A DNA stretch of 64,000 bases from Saccharofermentanales bacterium (GTDB taxonomy: Bacteria; Bacillota; Clostridia; Saccharofermentanales; DTU023), in NCBI GenBank assembly GCA_050951925.1, contig JBMNJZ010000001.1, positions 915,015 through 979,014 of the forward strand. Direction: 5' to 3'. Position 1 is the first letter of the stretch, and every line of letters begins with the position of its first letter. This document shows, piece by piece, positions 34,284 to 43,672 of this stretch. The position numbers were made by a program, and so were the translations under genes. The notes beneath the pieces were generated by a model that saw only the letters and a program-made list of their open reading frames with translations, made no database searches and was not told the DNA's origin.

Positions 34284-36479
34284 ATGCACAATATCCAGAA
34301 AAAAAGCACACACAAAAGTATTTTGGCGAAGGCGCTCGCCCTCAGTATCTCCCTTATCCTCCTGGCCACGATGCTAAATGCTCCGGTTCTGACCGCAGCG
34401 GTCGGGAATGAGCCTCCACCTGAACTTTCAAGCTCGGACCCGCTTATAATTGCCCAGCCAGAAGCGGCGATAGACAAGACTGAAGTCATTTACGGCCGGC
34501 TTGATACCAAAGGCGCGGCAGGAGATCTCCATGTAGTCAATCATTTCTCAGTCCCCGAAGCAGGCATAATTACTGACTATGGCGCCTACGATGAGATTGT
34601 CTGGCTGACAGGCCGGGAGCCCCGGAAGAACAAAGACGAAATTAAAATCGAGGCGGAGGCAGGTAATTACTATTATGAGGGGGTTCTGAAGAACAGAGAG
34701 CTACCCTGGGAATTTCGGATTGAATGGTATCTGGACGGCAAATCAGTCGATCCGGCCGGCCTGTCCGGCGCTAACGGAGATCTGAAGATCGCTTTGAGCA
34801 GTCGGGCGAATCCCTCTTGCCGTGATCTGACCGAATATTATGCTTTGCAAATCAGCTTCTCTTTCCCGCGCGATCGGGCAACTTCTATCGTAGCTGAGAG
34901 TGCCACCATTGCCGAAGCCGGCAATAATACCATGGTCAATTATGTAGTCCTGCCGGGATTTGACGCCGATCTGGCTGTCAGCGCCAAGATCAAGGATTTC
35001 CATATGCCCGGCATCAGCATCTCCGCGGTCAAGCTGGACATCAGCTTTGAGATGCCGGATGTCTCCGATCTCAATGACGATATGTCTCAGCTGGTCGACG
35101 CGATTGCCGAACTAAAAGACGGAGTTGATAAACTGGCGCAAGGCTCAGGTGACCTAAAGAGCGGACTGTCGGAGATTGTGTCCGGCACCGCTACCTTGGG
35201 AACAGAGGGACAAAAATTAACTGACGGCGTCAGCGATGCCGCGGATGGTGTTAAAAAATATATTGAAGGTATTTCCGCCTATCTGGGGGGTGTCAATGAA
35301 TATATCTCCGGAGTTAGCGACTATACAAGAGGCGTGAGCGATTTGGTCGCCGGAGCAACCGCAATAGACGCCGGTGCCGGAGAATTGCTACAGGGTCTGA
35401 ACCAGCTCGCCGATCAAGGTCAGAATTTGACTAACGGCTCCCGGCAAATCTTGGACGCCTTGCAGCAGATCAACGCCCAACTCTCGCTTGAGGGGGTACA
35501 AGTTCCCACAGCGGCAGAGCTGGCCGGTCTGGCTCAGTCTGTGGCTACTCTCAATGGTATCCTGGCCAATATTGCGTTTCCGGCTGGAAACGATGGAGTT
35601 GCCTGGATTGCTTACTTGACTGGTAAAACGGAGGCAGAGGCTGCTGCTTATTTTAATCAACTGAATGAAGCGGAAAAAAATACTCTAGTTGGTCGGCTAA
35701 ACGGCTATAGGAATGCAATCAATATGGCTCAAGCAGAGAGCAATAAAGCGCTGGGCGGACTGAATGCAGTTATGGTTAAGCTCCAAAGTCTGGCAGCCCT
35801 GGTCAACGGCACAGCAGAAAAGCCCGGACTTCAGGCTCTGATCGGGGGATTAAACCAGCTATATACCCAGTATAATGCCTTTCACAAAGGGCTTGTCCAA
35901 TATACCGGCGGTGTGCAGCAGATTGCCCGGGGTGTGGCCGGCAAGGATCCTGCCAAACCCGGTTTGAAGGCCGGTCTCTCTCAGCTGGCGGGTGGCTTGG
36001 AAAAGCTCAATGCCGCTGGTAAGGAAATACGTGGGGGCGGCGATAAGTTGAAAGCCGCCGGCACCCGGATCAAAAACGGCGGCACTAAACTTGTGACCGG
36101 TTTGAGCGAGCTGAAACTAGGCACATCCGAATATATTGACGGCGTGCGCGAATTATCTGAAGGACTGCAGGAATATCAGGACGGTCTGGCGGAATACACC
36201 GACGGTATCAAAGAGCTGGCCTCGGGTGTCAATGAACTGGCTGACGGCACCAGGGATATGGACGAAAAGATGCTCGACGAGATCAACAAGAAGATCGATG
36301 AACTGCTCCATAAGGATTTTGTGCCGGTTTCTTTCGTCTCACCGATGAACACCAATGTAAAATCTGTGCAGTTTGTCTTGCTTACGGACGAAATCCCGGC
36401 GCCGGCCAAGCCGGTAATCGAAGTGCCTAAAGAAGAAGACAAAGGCTTCCTTGAGCGCATCAGAGATATTTTCCGTTAA
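34284..36479 (+). CDS. Secreted/anchored protein with x-x-x-Leu-x-x-Gly heptad repeats (YhgE/Pip N-terminal-domain-like)
   Basis: It has an N-terminal signal/anchor (ALALSISLILLATMLNAPVLTAAV). There are long runs such as LKDGVDKLAQGSGDLKSGLSEIVSG and LVTGLSELKLGTSEYIDGVRELSEGLQEYQDGLAEYTDGIKELASGVNELADG. It starts 5 nt after the MMPL gene. Confidence 0.7.
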   Translation: MHNIQKKSTHKSILAKALALSISLILLATMLNAPVLTAAVGNEPPPELSSSDPLIIAQPEAAIDKTEVIYGRLDTKGAAGDLHVVNHFSVPEAGIITDYGAYDEIVWLTGREPRKNKDEIKIEAEAGNYYYEGVLKNRELPWEFRIEWYLDGKSVDPAGLSGANGDLKIALSSRANPSCRDLTEYYALQISFSFPRDRATSIVAESATIAEAGNNTMVNYVVLPGFDADLAVSAKIKDFHMPGISISAVKLDISFEMPDVSDLNDDMSQLVDAIAELKDGVDKLAQGSGDLKSGLSEIVSGTATLGTEGQKLTDGVSDAADGVKKYIEGISAYLGGVNEYISGVSDYTRGVSDLVAGATAIDAGAGELLQGLNQLADQGQNLTNGSRQILDALQQINAQLSLEGVQVPTAAELAGLAQSVATLNGILANIAFPAGNDGVAWIAYLTGKTEAEAAAYFNQLNEAEKNTLVGRLNGYRNAINMAQAESNKALGGLNAVMVKLQSLAALVNGTAEKPGLQALIGGLNQLYTQYNAFHKGLVQYTGGVQQIARGVAGKDPAKPGLKAGLSQLAGGLEKLNAAGKEIRGGGDKLKAAGTRIKNGGTKLVTGLSELKLGTSEYIDGVRELSEGLQEYQDGLAEYTDGIKELASGVNELADGTRDMDEKMLDEINKKIDELLHKDFVPVSFVSPMNTNVKSVQFVLLTDEIPAPAKPVIEVPKEEDKGFLERIRDIFR

Positions 36480-36497
36480 GAACTGCCACCCTAAAAT

Positions 36498-36530
36498 AAA
36501 AAGAGCGAGGATTGCATCCGCGCTCTTTTT
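36498..36530. terminator. Bidirectional Rho-independent terminator between convergent genes
   Basis: aaaaagagcg (36498-36507) pairs with cgctcttttt (36521-36530), with an A-run and a T-run on either side. Confidence 0.7.
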
Positions 36531-36557
36531 ATTTCCATAACTTTTTCTAAGTTTAAC

Positions 36558-37937
36558 TTATTGCTTTTTGTCCTCGTCGCCGAAAGGATCGCCGCACTCA
36601 GGACAGAATTTAGGCGGATTCGTACTGTCTTCCGGCTCCCAGCCGCAGTTAGAGCACTGATACTCTGTTTTGGCCGGACGCGGGGAACCACATTCCGAGC
36701 AGAATTTGCCGGTATTATCTTTATGTCCGCATTCGGTACAGATCCAGCCGCCCGCATCCGGGGCAGGGCCGGGTTTTGGCGTACCGCAGTTGGCGCAGAA
36801 TTTGGCGGCTTGCTTATTCTGATGCTGACAGTTACTGCAAGTCCAGGTTGCTTCGGCCGGAGCAGCAGGGGAAGCGCCGCCTGCGGCTGCGGGCTGGGCG
36901 GCTGCCTGCTGCGCCTTTTGTTCAGCGGCCAATTGATGCAGATTGCCGGCGCTTTGGCCGCCTGCCATCTGAGCCATATTCAAGCCGGCGAAACCGAAGA
37001 AAGCACCGCCGCCGCCCTCGTTCTTGGCTGCATTTTTCATGGCTTCCATCTGGGCTGCGGTCATGCCGGCAGCTGCCATGCTGGTATCGCGGTAGACAGC
37101 TTGGGCTTGCAGCTCTTGCAGCCGCTTGACATCTTCTTCCGAGGCAGTGACGGAATCCATTGTGACAGTGAAAATCTGGATACCGCGCTTCTCCAGCCAT
37201 TCCTCGCTAAGCTCCTCATTGAGCGCCTTCGTAATCTCGCGTGTATGCAGCGGGAGCTCGTCATAGCCGATCCCCTGGGCAGAGATTCTGGCCAGAGCGG
37301 GCTGCAGGGCGGTCAGGAATTCTCCTCTCAGTCTGCCATCCAGTTCCTCTCTGGTATATTTGTCTTTAACATTGCCGGCGACAAAGGTATAGAACAAAAT
37401 AGGATTGGCAATGTAATAGCTAAAAATACCGTGGGCGCGAATCGGCATTACCATGGACAGTCCGATCGACGGATCCTGGATTTTGAAAGGCACAGGATTC
37501 GGCGTGCCGTATTTATTATCCGGAATTTCTTTGGTATTGATATAGTAGATTCTGAGGTCTTTGGCATGATGGCCGCCAAAAGTAAAGCGCCGTACAGCAT
37601 TCTGGAATGAACGCTTGATGCTGTCGCCCAGCCCTTCTTCATTGTAGAAGAGTGAAGCTTCCGTGCTGCTGTTGTAGAGAAATTCACCCGGCTCACCACT
37701 GAACTCAACTATTTTGCCTTGATCGGTCAGGATCATGAACTGACCATCAGCCACTGTAATGATCGATCCGTCAGTGATAATCGATTCGTCACCTTTGTTT
37801 TGGGAACGTTTAGATTGAGCCCTGACACCGCGGGTCATTAAGACATCCTGGTCGAGACTGTCGCTGGTAAAAAAGTCGCGCCACTGATCTTCAAGTACCC
37901 CGCCTACGGTTTCCTTAAAAACTTTTATTAAACCCAT
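36558..37937 (-). CDS. SPFH/Band-7-like protein with three C-terminal zinc ribbons (YdjI / COG4260-like)
   Basis: The N-terminus is MGLIKVFKETVGGVLEDQWRDFF. After an Ala/Gln-rich linker come three CxxC...CxxC units: CSNCQHQ..FCANCG, CTECGHK..FCSECG and CSNCGWE..FCPECG. Confidence 0.75.
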   Translation of the reverse strand: MGLIKVFKETVGGVLEDQWRDFFTSDSLDQDVLMTRGVRAQSKRSQNKGDESIITDGSIITVADGQFMILTDQGKIVEFSGEPGEFLYNSSTEASLFYNEEGLGDSIKRSFQNAVRRFTFGGHHAKDLRIYYINTKEIPDNKYGTPNPVPFKIQDPSIGLSMVMPIRAHGIFSYYIANPILFYTFVAGNVKDKYTREELDGRLRGEFLTALQPALARISAQGIGYDELPLHTREITKALNEELSEEWLEKRGIQIFTVTMDSVTASEEDVKRLQELQAQAVYRDTSMAAAGMTAAQMEAMKNAAKNEGGGGAFFGFAGLNMAQMAGGQSAGNLHQLAAEQKAQQAAAQPAAAGGASPAAPAEATWTCSNCQHQNKQAAKFCANCGTPKPGPAPDAGGWICTECGHKDNTGKFCSECGSPRPAKTEYQCSNCGWEPEDSTNPPKFCPECGDPFGDEDKKQ

Positions 37938-37997
37938 ATTTATCCTCCATTATTTTGTGTAGACAATTATTTAAATCAGACTGTAATCCCTTAATCT

Positions 37998-38399
37998 CTA
38001 TTCTCTATTCTTGAGCAGATCGCGAATTTCAGTCAACAGGATCAGATCGGGAGCCAGCTCTTCTTCAATTTCCTCCTCAGCCGCGGTCTTATGTGTCCTG
38101 ATTTTATTGACAGCTTTTACCAGAAGGAACAGGAAGAAAGCAATCAGAATGAAAGAGATTATAACCTGGATCAGATTACCATAGCTTATCGCCAGCTCGT
38201 CAACATCGCCCTCTGCCGCGCGCAGAACAATTTTGAGCCTGGATAGATCAATGCCGCCGACAATCAAACCAATTATCGGATTAAGGATGTCCGCTACAAA
38301 GCTGTCAATAATAGCTTTGAAAGCCAGACCGACAACTAAGCCCACCGCCATGTCTACAACATCGCCGCGGGCAATGAATTCTTTAAATTCCTTTAGCAT
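37998..38399 (-). CDS. mscL: Large-conductance mechanosensitive channel
   Basis: From the internal Met the protein reads MLKEFKEFIARGDVVDMAVGLVVGLAFKAIIDSFVADILNPIIG, the canonical MscL N-terminus. ~133 aa. Confidence 0.9.
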   Translation of the reverse strand: MLKEFKEFIARGDVVDMAVGLVVGLAFKAIIDSFVADILNPIIGLIVGGIDLSRLKIVLRAAEGDVDELAISYGNLIQVIISFILIAFFLFLLVKAVNKIRTHKTAAEEEIEEELAPDLILLTEIRDLLKNRE

Positions 38400-38459
38400 A
38401 TAGCACTCCTTGTTTGAGAAATAGCAATTGCCGGACAGCACCCGGTTGACCGGAACCGA

Positions 38460-38885
38460 TCAGCTCTCCCGGGCGTACTTGCGAACTGACTCAGGCAGAC
38501 TATCAAGCTCTGCCGTGATGGCGATTGTGAGCCGGTTATCGCATTGTTTGGCCAGTTTTTCCAATTCGCGGAAAAAATCCGCCAGATGATCCGGGTCGTC
38601 ATCGCCGGCAACTTTATAAATACTGTCTATATAGATATGAGAGATGTCATAATCTTTGGCGTTCAGCCCTGACAAAAATGCCAGAAGACCATCATATCCA
38701 CGGACAGGATATTCAGCAATATCGATCAGGCGCACCAGATAAGGCACCTGACTATCGAGGCGTTTCCCATATTCTATGAAGACGATATTCGCACCTTCCT
38801 CCCTCAGTTCTTCCGTCATTTCTTCCAGCATCAGGGGCGTTTTGCCGCTGCCCTTGGCACCAACAATGGCATCGATCATTCTCAA
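38460..38885 (-). CDS. Small P-loop NTPase-like protein (unknown function)
   Basis: 141 aa. The Walker A GAKGSGKT is at residues 9-16, and there is a possible Walker B-like IYIDSIY. I recognised no family. Confidence 0.5.
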   Translation of the reverse strand: MRMIDAIVGAKGSGKTPLMLEEMTEELREEGANIVFIEYGKRLDSQVPYLVRLIDIAEYPVRGYDGLLAFLSGLNAKDYDISHIYIDSIYKVAGDDDPDHLADFFRELEKLAKQCDNRLTIAITAELDSLPESVRKYARES

Positions 38886-39100
38886 AATCTCCTCTCCGTA
38901 ATTTTTTCTTACGGCAGGATACCGGCTACAGTTATTTCAGGTATGACTATGATGATCCGGCGCTATCCTGCAACTAGTTAAAATTATTGTAACTGATAGG
39001 ACCTAAAAAATGAAGCTGATTTCCGGAACCCGCCGGTTGCGGCCGCCACGCTATTTGACAATCAGGAAAAGCAGATGATATGATGAGCCCGCATTGTAAT

Positions 39101-39175
39101 AGGGGAGTGGCTCAACGGTAGAGCAACGGTCTCCAAAACCGTGGGTTGCGGGTTCGAATCCTGTCTCCCCTGCCA
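39101..39175 (+). tRNA. tRNA-Trp (anticodon CCA), CCA end encoded
   Basis: Hand-folded cloverleaf: acceptor AGGGGAG/CTCCCCT, D-arm GCTC AACGGTA GAGC, anticodon arm ACGGT CTCCAAA ACCGT, T-loop TTCGAAT. Confidence 0.9.
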
Positions 39176-39178
39176 AGG

Positions 39179-39216
39179 AAAAGCCCTGCGGCCGTGAGGT
39201 TACAGGGCTTTTATAT
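39179..39216 (+). terminator. Rho-independent terminator after tRNA-Trp
   Basis: The stem aaagccctg / cagggcttt is followed by a T-rich run. Confidence 0.7.
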
Positions 39217-39313
39217 TTTATACGGGACTGTATAGAAATCTGTTTTATCCCCACTTTTTGCCCGGTTGGGGTAGAATAATTAAATTGATGCGAATTAGTG
39301 ATAGTAAAAAAGT

Positions 39314-41035
39314 ATGTTGATAAGGTATGCGAAAAAATACTCGAAATTGATTGTCGGCCAGCTTTTCTTCGCGAGCATCTGGGTCTTTTCGCAGCTTCTC
39401 ATACCTCGTTTAATGGTAGATATTGTAGACTCCGGCATAATGATGAAGGACATGAATGCCATTATTCAGCGGGGTCTGCTGATGCTGTTGACAACAGCCT
39501 TAAATATACTCTCTTTGCTGATTTCCATATTTTTTCTTACCAAAGTCACCGCCGGGATCTCAAGAGATTTACGAGCGGATTTATTCGAAAAAATTATCGG
39601 CTGGTCTAAGGAAACAAGGACGGGTTTTTCCGATTCCACTTTAATTACGCGAACAGTCAACGACGTAAAGCAAGTTTCAAATCTGATCGATCTGTCTTTA
39701 AGAAAGATTTTTACCCTCACCATTACCATTATAGGGGCGCTGGTCGTGTCCTTTGCGCTGGATGCCAAATTAGCCTCCATTATCTTGATCATCATACCGG
39801 CGATCTTGTTTTTGGGCTTATTCCTGACGACAAGAGCCCTTCCTCAATATGCCCGCATACGTCTTGCTATCGACCGGATCAATCAACTTTTCCGGGAAAA
39901 TATAAGAGGGATTCGGGTTATAAGAGCCTTCAATAAATCCGGTTATGAGATAAAAGAATTTGAGAAGGCGACGAAAGATGCTTGCGAGGCCAGTGTCCGA
40001 TCGGAATCGACGATGATGCTCTTGAGCCCTCTTATTTTGTTGCTCACCAATATTCTAATCTTGATTATTTTGTTTTTGGGCGGCAGCCGGGCGCAAGCAG
40101 GAACGATCAAACTTGGAGTTCTGATCGGTCTCATCGAATATGCCGCGATCAGTTTGAATAATATTCAGCAATTCGCATCTATCATCACTATTATTCCCAG
40201 GTCGAAGGTTTCTATAGACAGAATCGCAGAAGTGTTGTCGAAAGAAGAACTGCTCAAGGTTAAAAAAGATACTCTTAAATTGAGTGAAAAAGGAATCAGT
40301 TTTGAGGATATAGATTTTTACTATCCTGACTCTCGCATGGCTGCCTTGGGGAATATCAATTTTCAGCTAAAAAAGGGGGAGACTAAGGCGATTATCGGTT
40401 CGACCGGGAGCGGGAAATCGACCATCATCAAATTATTATTGCGCGACTATGATGCCTATCGGGGACAAATCTGCCTCAATTGCAATGATATTCAAAGCCT
40501 TTCGCGGGAGGAGATCAGCCGGTTTGTGACCTTTGTTCCGCAAACCAGCTTTCTATTTTCGGGCACCATCCGGGAGAATATCCAGACCGGAAAGAATAAT
40601 GCCACGGACGATGAGATTTGGGAAGCCTTGGATATGGCTCAGATAGGAGATTATTTTCGAAAGTCTCCGGAAGGACTGGATACTTATATTGCCCAGAACG
40701 CGGTAAACTTTTCGGGCGGGCAAAAACAGAGGATATCGATTGCCCGCGGTCTGATTCGGGAATCGGATTTCTATATTTTTGACGACTGTTTCTCTGCTTT
40801 AGATTATGTGACTGAGAGGAAAATCCGCGAAGCCATCCAAGATAAACTGTCAGACCGAGGTGTTCTGGTGGTTGCTCAACGGGTGGCAACTGTCAGGCAT
40901 GCGGACGAAATATTTGTCCTCGAAAAAGGGAAAATTGTGGATAGGGGAAGTCACGAAGAGCTGGCGGAAAGCTCGGAGGTCTACAAAGAAATTCTCACAT
41001 CGCAATTGAAGTCCCAGGCGGGGGAGATTAGATGA
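39314..41035 (+). CDS. ABC exporter half-transporter (TMD-NBD), subunit with the degenerate catalytic base
   Basis: It has 6 TM helices plus an NBD. Walker A is GSTGSGKST and the signature is FSGGQKQR. The Walker B YIFDD is followed by Cys, so there is Asp in place of the catalytic Glu. Confidence 0.85.
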   Translation: MLIRYAKKYSKLIVGQLFFASIWVFSQLLIPRLMVDIVDSGIMMKDMNAIIQRGLLMLLTTALNILSLLISIFFLTKVTAGISRDLRADLFEKIIGWSKETRTGFSDSTLITRTVNDVKQVSNLIDLSLRKIFTLTITIIGALVVSFALDAKLASIILIIIPAILFLGLFLTTRALPQYARIRLAIDRINQLFRENIRGIRVIRAFNKSGYEIKEFEKATKDACEASVRSESTMMLLSPLILLLTNILILIILFLGGSRAQAGTIKLGVLIGLIEYAAISLNNIQQFASIITIIPRSKVSIDRIAEVLSKEELLKVKKDTLKLSEKGISFEDIDFYYPDSRMAALGNINFQLKKGETKAIIGSTGSGKSTIIKLLLRDYDAYRGQICLNCNDIQSLSREEISRFVTFVPQTSFLFSGTIRENIQTGKNNATDDEIWEALDMAQIGDYFRKSPEGLDTYIAQNAVNFSGGQKQRISIARGLIRESDFYIFDDCFSALDYVTERKIREAIQDKLSDRGVLVVAQRVATVRHADEIFVLEKGKIVDRGSHEELAESSEVYKEILTSQLKSQAGEIR

Positions 41036-42912
41036 GTACGGAGCCCAGGCATAGCGAAAACAAAAAAGAAGAGGGGTTGCCCGGAGTCTCCAGAGGAGTC
41101 GGAGGGGCGGGACGTGTTTCGGGTCTCCTGGCATCGGGCAGCGCGAAGGATGCCAAGGGAACCTTGTTTAAGCTGCTTAAGAATTTAGCCTCGTTTAAGT
41201 GGATTTTTTTGGCGGCGATTTTGCTGACATTGGCCGCTTCCCTCGCTCAAATATTGATTCCAAGGAATATTGGCCGGATTATCAATATATTTACCGATAT
41301 TTTGACTGAAAACTTGGCTCTCGATTGGACGGTTTTAGGTGGGATCGGCTTCATCCTTCTGGTCTTATATGCTTTAAATTTCATCGCCAACTATCTTGCG
41401 AATATTCTAATGGTAAGAGTAACTCAGAAGGTAGTCCGCTCTTTAAGAAATCAGATGCAGGTCAAATTAAATCGCCTGACCTTAAGCTATTTCGATCGCT
41501 CATCGGCGGGAGACATGGTTTCACTGCTGAGCAATGATTTAGACAATGTTGCTAATACCTTGCAAAGCGGTTTAACCGGCTCGCTCTCGGCGCTTGTACT
41601 CCTGGCGGGCGTCGTTGTAATGATGATCAGCATCAATCCTATACTCGCTTTTCTATCCATGATAGTCATACCTGTCTCTTATCTCATGGTTAAGTTCCTG
41701 GTGAAAAAAGCAAAGCCTCTCTTTCAGAAGAATGCGAACTTAACAGGAGTTTTTAACGGGAAGATAGAAGAGGCTTATAGGGGAGAAGATATTGTCAAAC
41801 ATTACAATATCGGGGAGGAATTAAAAGAAGAGCTGGCTTCGCTAAACGAAGAGCTATATGACAGCGAGTGGAAGTCGTCCTTAGTTTCTTTCGTGACCAG
41901 ACCGGCCGGAGATCTAATTTTGAATTCAAATTATGTCTTATTGGCAATTTGGGGCGGACGATATGTCATCAATGGAGTCATGTCCTTAGGTGGTTTTCAA
42001 GCTTTCCTCCAATACACTCAAATGCTTAGAGGGCCGTTCAATCAAGTGCTGGGCATTTTTAATACCATCATGTCCGCCTTGGCTTCGGCCGAGAGAGTTT
42101 TCGATTTTTTAGATGCCGAAGAAATCCTCGAATTAGGCGATGAAAGCCTGGATGCTGCCGGGGTGCGGGGCGAGATTGAATTTGATCAAGTCGATTTTGG
42201 CTATACGGATAATCTGCTATTCAAAGGGGTGGATCTGAAAGTAAGGCCCGGCGAGCAGGTCGCCATTGTCGGCAGGTCCGGAGCAGGAAAAACGACTTTG
42301 GTCAATTTGCTGATGCGCTTTTATGAAATCGAAGGCGGGAAAATCTCTATCGACGGCAAAGACGCAAAGGGCTATCGGACCGAGGAGCTAAGAAAAGCGT
42401 ACGCCATGGTTTTGCAGGACACCTGGCTTTTTTCGGGCAGCATTAGGGACAATATTGCCTACGGCGCGGACATTTCAAACTCTGAAAATCTGTGTGATGT
42501 GGATTTTATAAAAATCAAAGAGGCAGCAGAGCTGGCCAGGGCGGACACTTTTATCGAGCGTTTGGCGGAGGGCTACGATACCGTTCTAACGGAAGGAGCT
42601 TCCAATATAAGCCAGGGAGAAGCCCAGTTATTGACAATAGCCAGAGCCATGATTAAAAAGGCTCCTATTAATATCTTAGATGAGGCTACATCTTCGGTCG
42701 ATACCCGTACTGAGGTATTGATCCAGCACGGGATGAGGGAGCTGGCCTATAATTCCACCAGCTTTATCATTGCCCATAGACTTTCTACTATCCAGGATGC
42801 CGACAGGATTATTGTTATGGATAGCGGTACTATTGTCGAAGTCGGAACGCACCAGGAATTGCTCGGGGAAAACGGCTACTATGCTGAAATGTATCTGGCG
42901 GGACAACTGTAG
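41032..42912 (+). CDS. ABC exporter half-transporter (TMD-NBD), subunit with the degenerate signature motif
   Basis: It overlaps the upstream gene by 4 nt. Walker A is GRSGAGKTT and the Walker B ILDEATS has the catalytic Glu. The signature motif is degenerate (ISQGEAQ instead of LSGGQ). Confidence 0.85.
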   Translation: MSTEPRHSENKKEEGLPGVSRGVGGAGRVSGLLASGSAKDAKGTLFKLLKNLASFKWIFLAAILLTLAASLAQILIPRNIGRIINIFTDILTENLALDWTVLGGIGFILLVLYALNFIANYLANILMVRVTQKVVRSLRNQMQVKLNRLTLSYFDRSSAGDMVSLLSNDLDNVANTLQSGLTGSLSALVLLAGVVVMMISINPILAFLSMIVIPVSYLMVKFLVKKAKPLFQKNANLTGVFNGKIEEAYRGEDIVKHYNIGEELKEELASLNEELYDSEWKSSLVSFVTRPAGDLILNSNYVLLAIWGGRYVINGVMSLGGFQAFLQYTQMLRGPFNQVLGIFNTIMSALASAERVFDFLDAEEILELGDESLDAAGVRGEIEFDQVDFGYTDNLLFKGVDLKVRPGEQVAIVGRSGAGKTTLVNLLMRFYEIEGGKISIDGKDAKGYRTEELRKAYAMVLQDTWLFSGSIRDNIAYGADISNSENLCDVDFIKIKEAAELARADTFIERLAEGYDTVLTEGASNISQGEAQLLTIARAMIKKAPINILDEATSSVDTRTEVLIQHGMRELAYNSTSFIIAHRLSTIQDADRIIVMDSGTIVEVGTHQELLGENGYYAEMYLAGQL

Positions 42913-43169
42913 TTTGAAGAAATATCCCCCTAGCCATATTTATGATTAGGGATATCCTGATGCTGATTTGCTTCTCAGAAACAGGAAATTGCAGCAGGTT
43001 AATTGCTGAACTTAGCGCGAGAAAAGGAGGGCTCTTGCTGCCGCAATTAAGGTAGCCGCTGATATATCGCGATTTGTCTTGATAGCGTAAGCTTTTTTTG
43101 TTACAATAATTGTGCTGTGTTTTGCAGTTGAGAGCGGGGATCCGCTCTCAATTTATGTAGGGAGGCTTT

Positions 43170-43634
43170 ATGGCCAAGAGGACAGCCGAGGAACAGCGAA
43201 TTTTTGACCGCCTGATCAGTGTAGCGGAGTCATTGGATCTGGAATTGATTGAAGTCAAATATAGACATGAGGGCAGCAAGCTGTTCCTGACGGTTTTTGT
43301 GGATCGCCGGGGCGGTGTGACTATCGATGAATGCGGCAAAATGAGTGAGCTGGCTGATCCGATCATTGATGATGAGCTGGGTCTGAAGCGCCATGATTAT
43401 TTTGAGGTATCTTCGCCGGGTCTGGATCGCCCTCTGACTGAAATAGCAGATTTTGTCCGCTATGCCGGTGAATTCGTAAGCCTCAAGCTCTACGGCTCCG
43501 CCGACGGCAAGAAAAATTGGCAGGGGCTGCTGGTTTCCGGCGATGAGCAGGAAATTGTTTTGAATATAGAATCTGAAGAAAAGTCATTCCCTCGGAAGGG
43601 GATAGCAGTTATCAAAAGGGAAGTTGTTTTTTAA
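43170..43634 (+). CDS. rimP: Ribosome maturation factor RimP
   Basis: 154 aa. It contains the SSPGLDRPL motif and sits immediately upstream of nusA. Confidence 0.85.
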   Translation: MAKRTAEEQRIFDRLISVAESLDLELIEVKYRHEGSKLFLTVFVDRRGGVTIDECGKMSELADPIIDDELGLKRHDYFEVSSPGLDRPLTEIADFVRYAGEFVSLKLYGSADGKKNWQGLLVSGDEQEIVLNIESEEKSFPRKGIAVIKREVVF

Positions 43635-43672
43635 AAAGGAAGAGATGACCGCCGGCGGTCAAAGGAGAAATC

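Noticed and set aside
36561-37610. A 349-aa plus-strand ORF, the largest unassigned ORF in the track
   Set aside because: It lies entirely antisense to the well-supported SPFH/zinc-ribbon gene. Its translation is Arg/Ala/Gly/Leu-rich low complexity, typical of the mirror frame of a GC-rich gene, and it has no start context.
39051-39254. A 67-aa minus-strand ORF
   Set aside because: It is antisense to and fully covers tRNA-Trp and its terminator.
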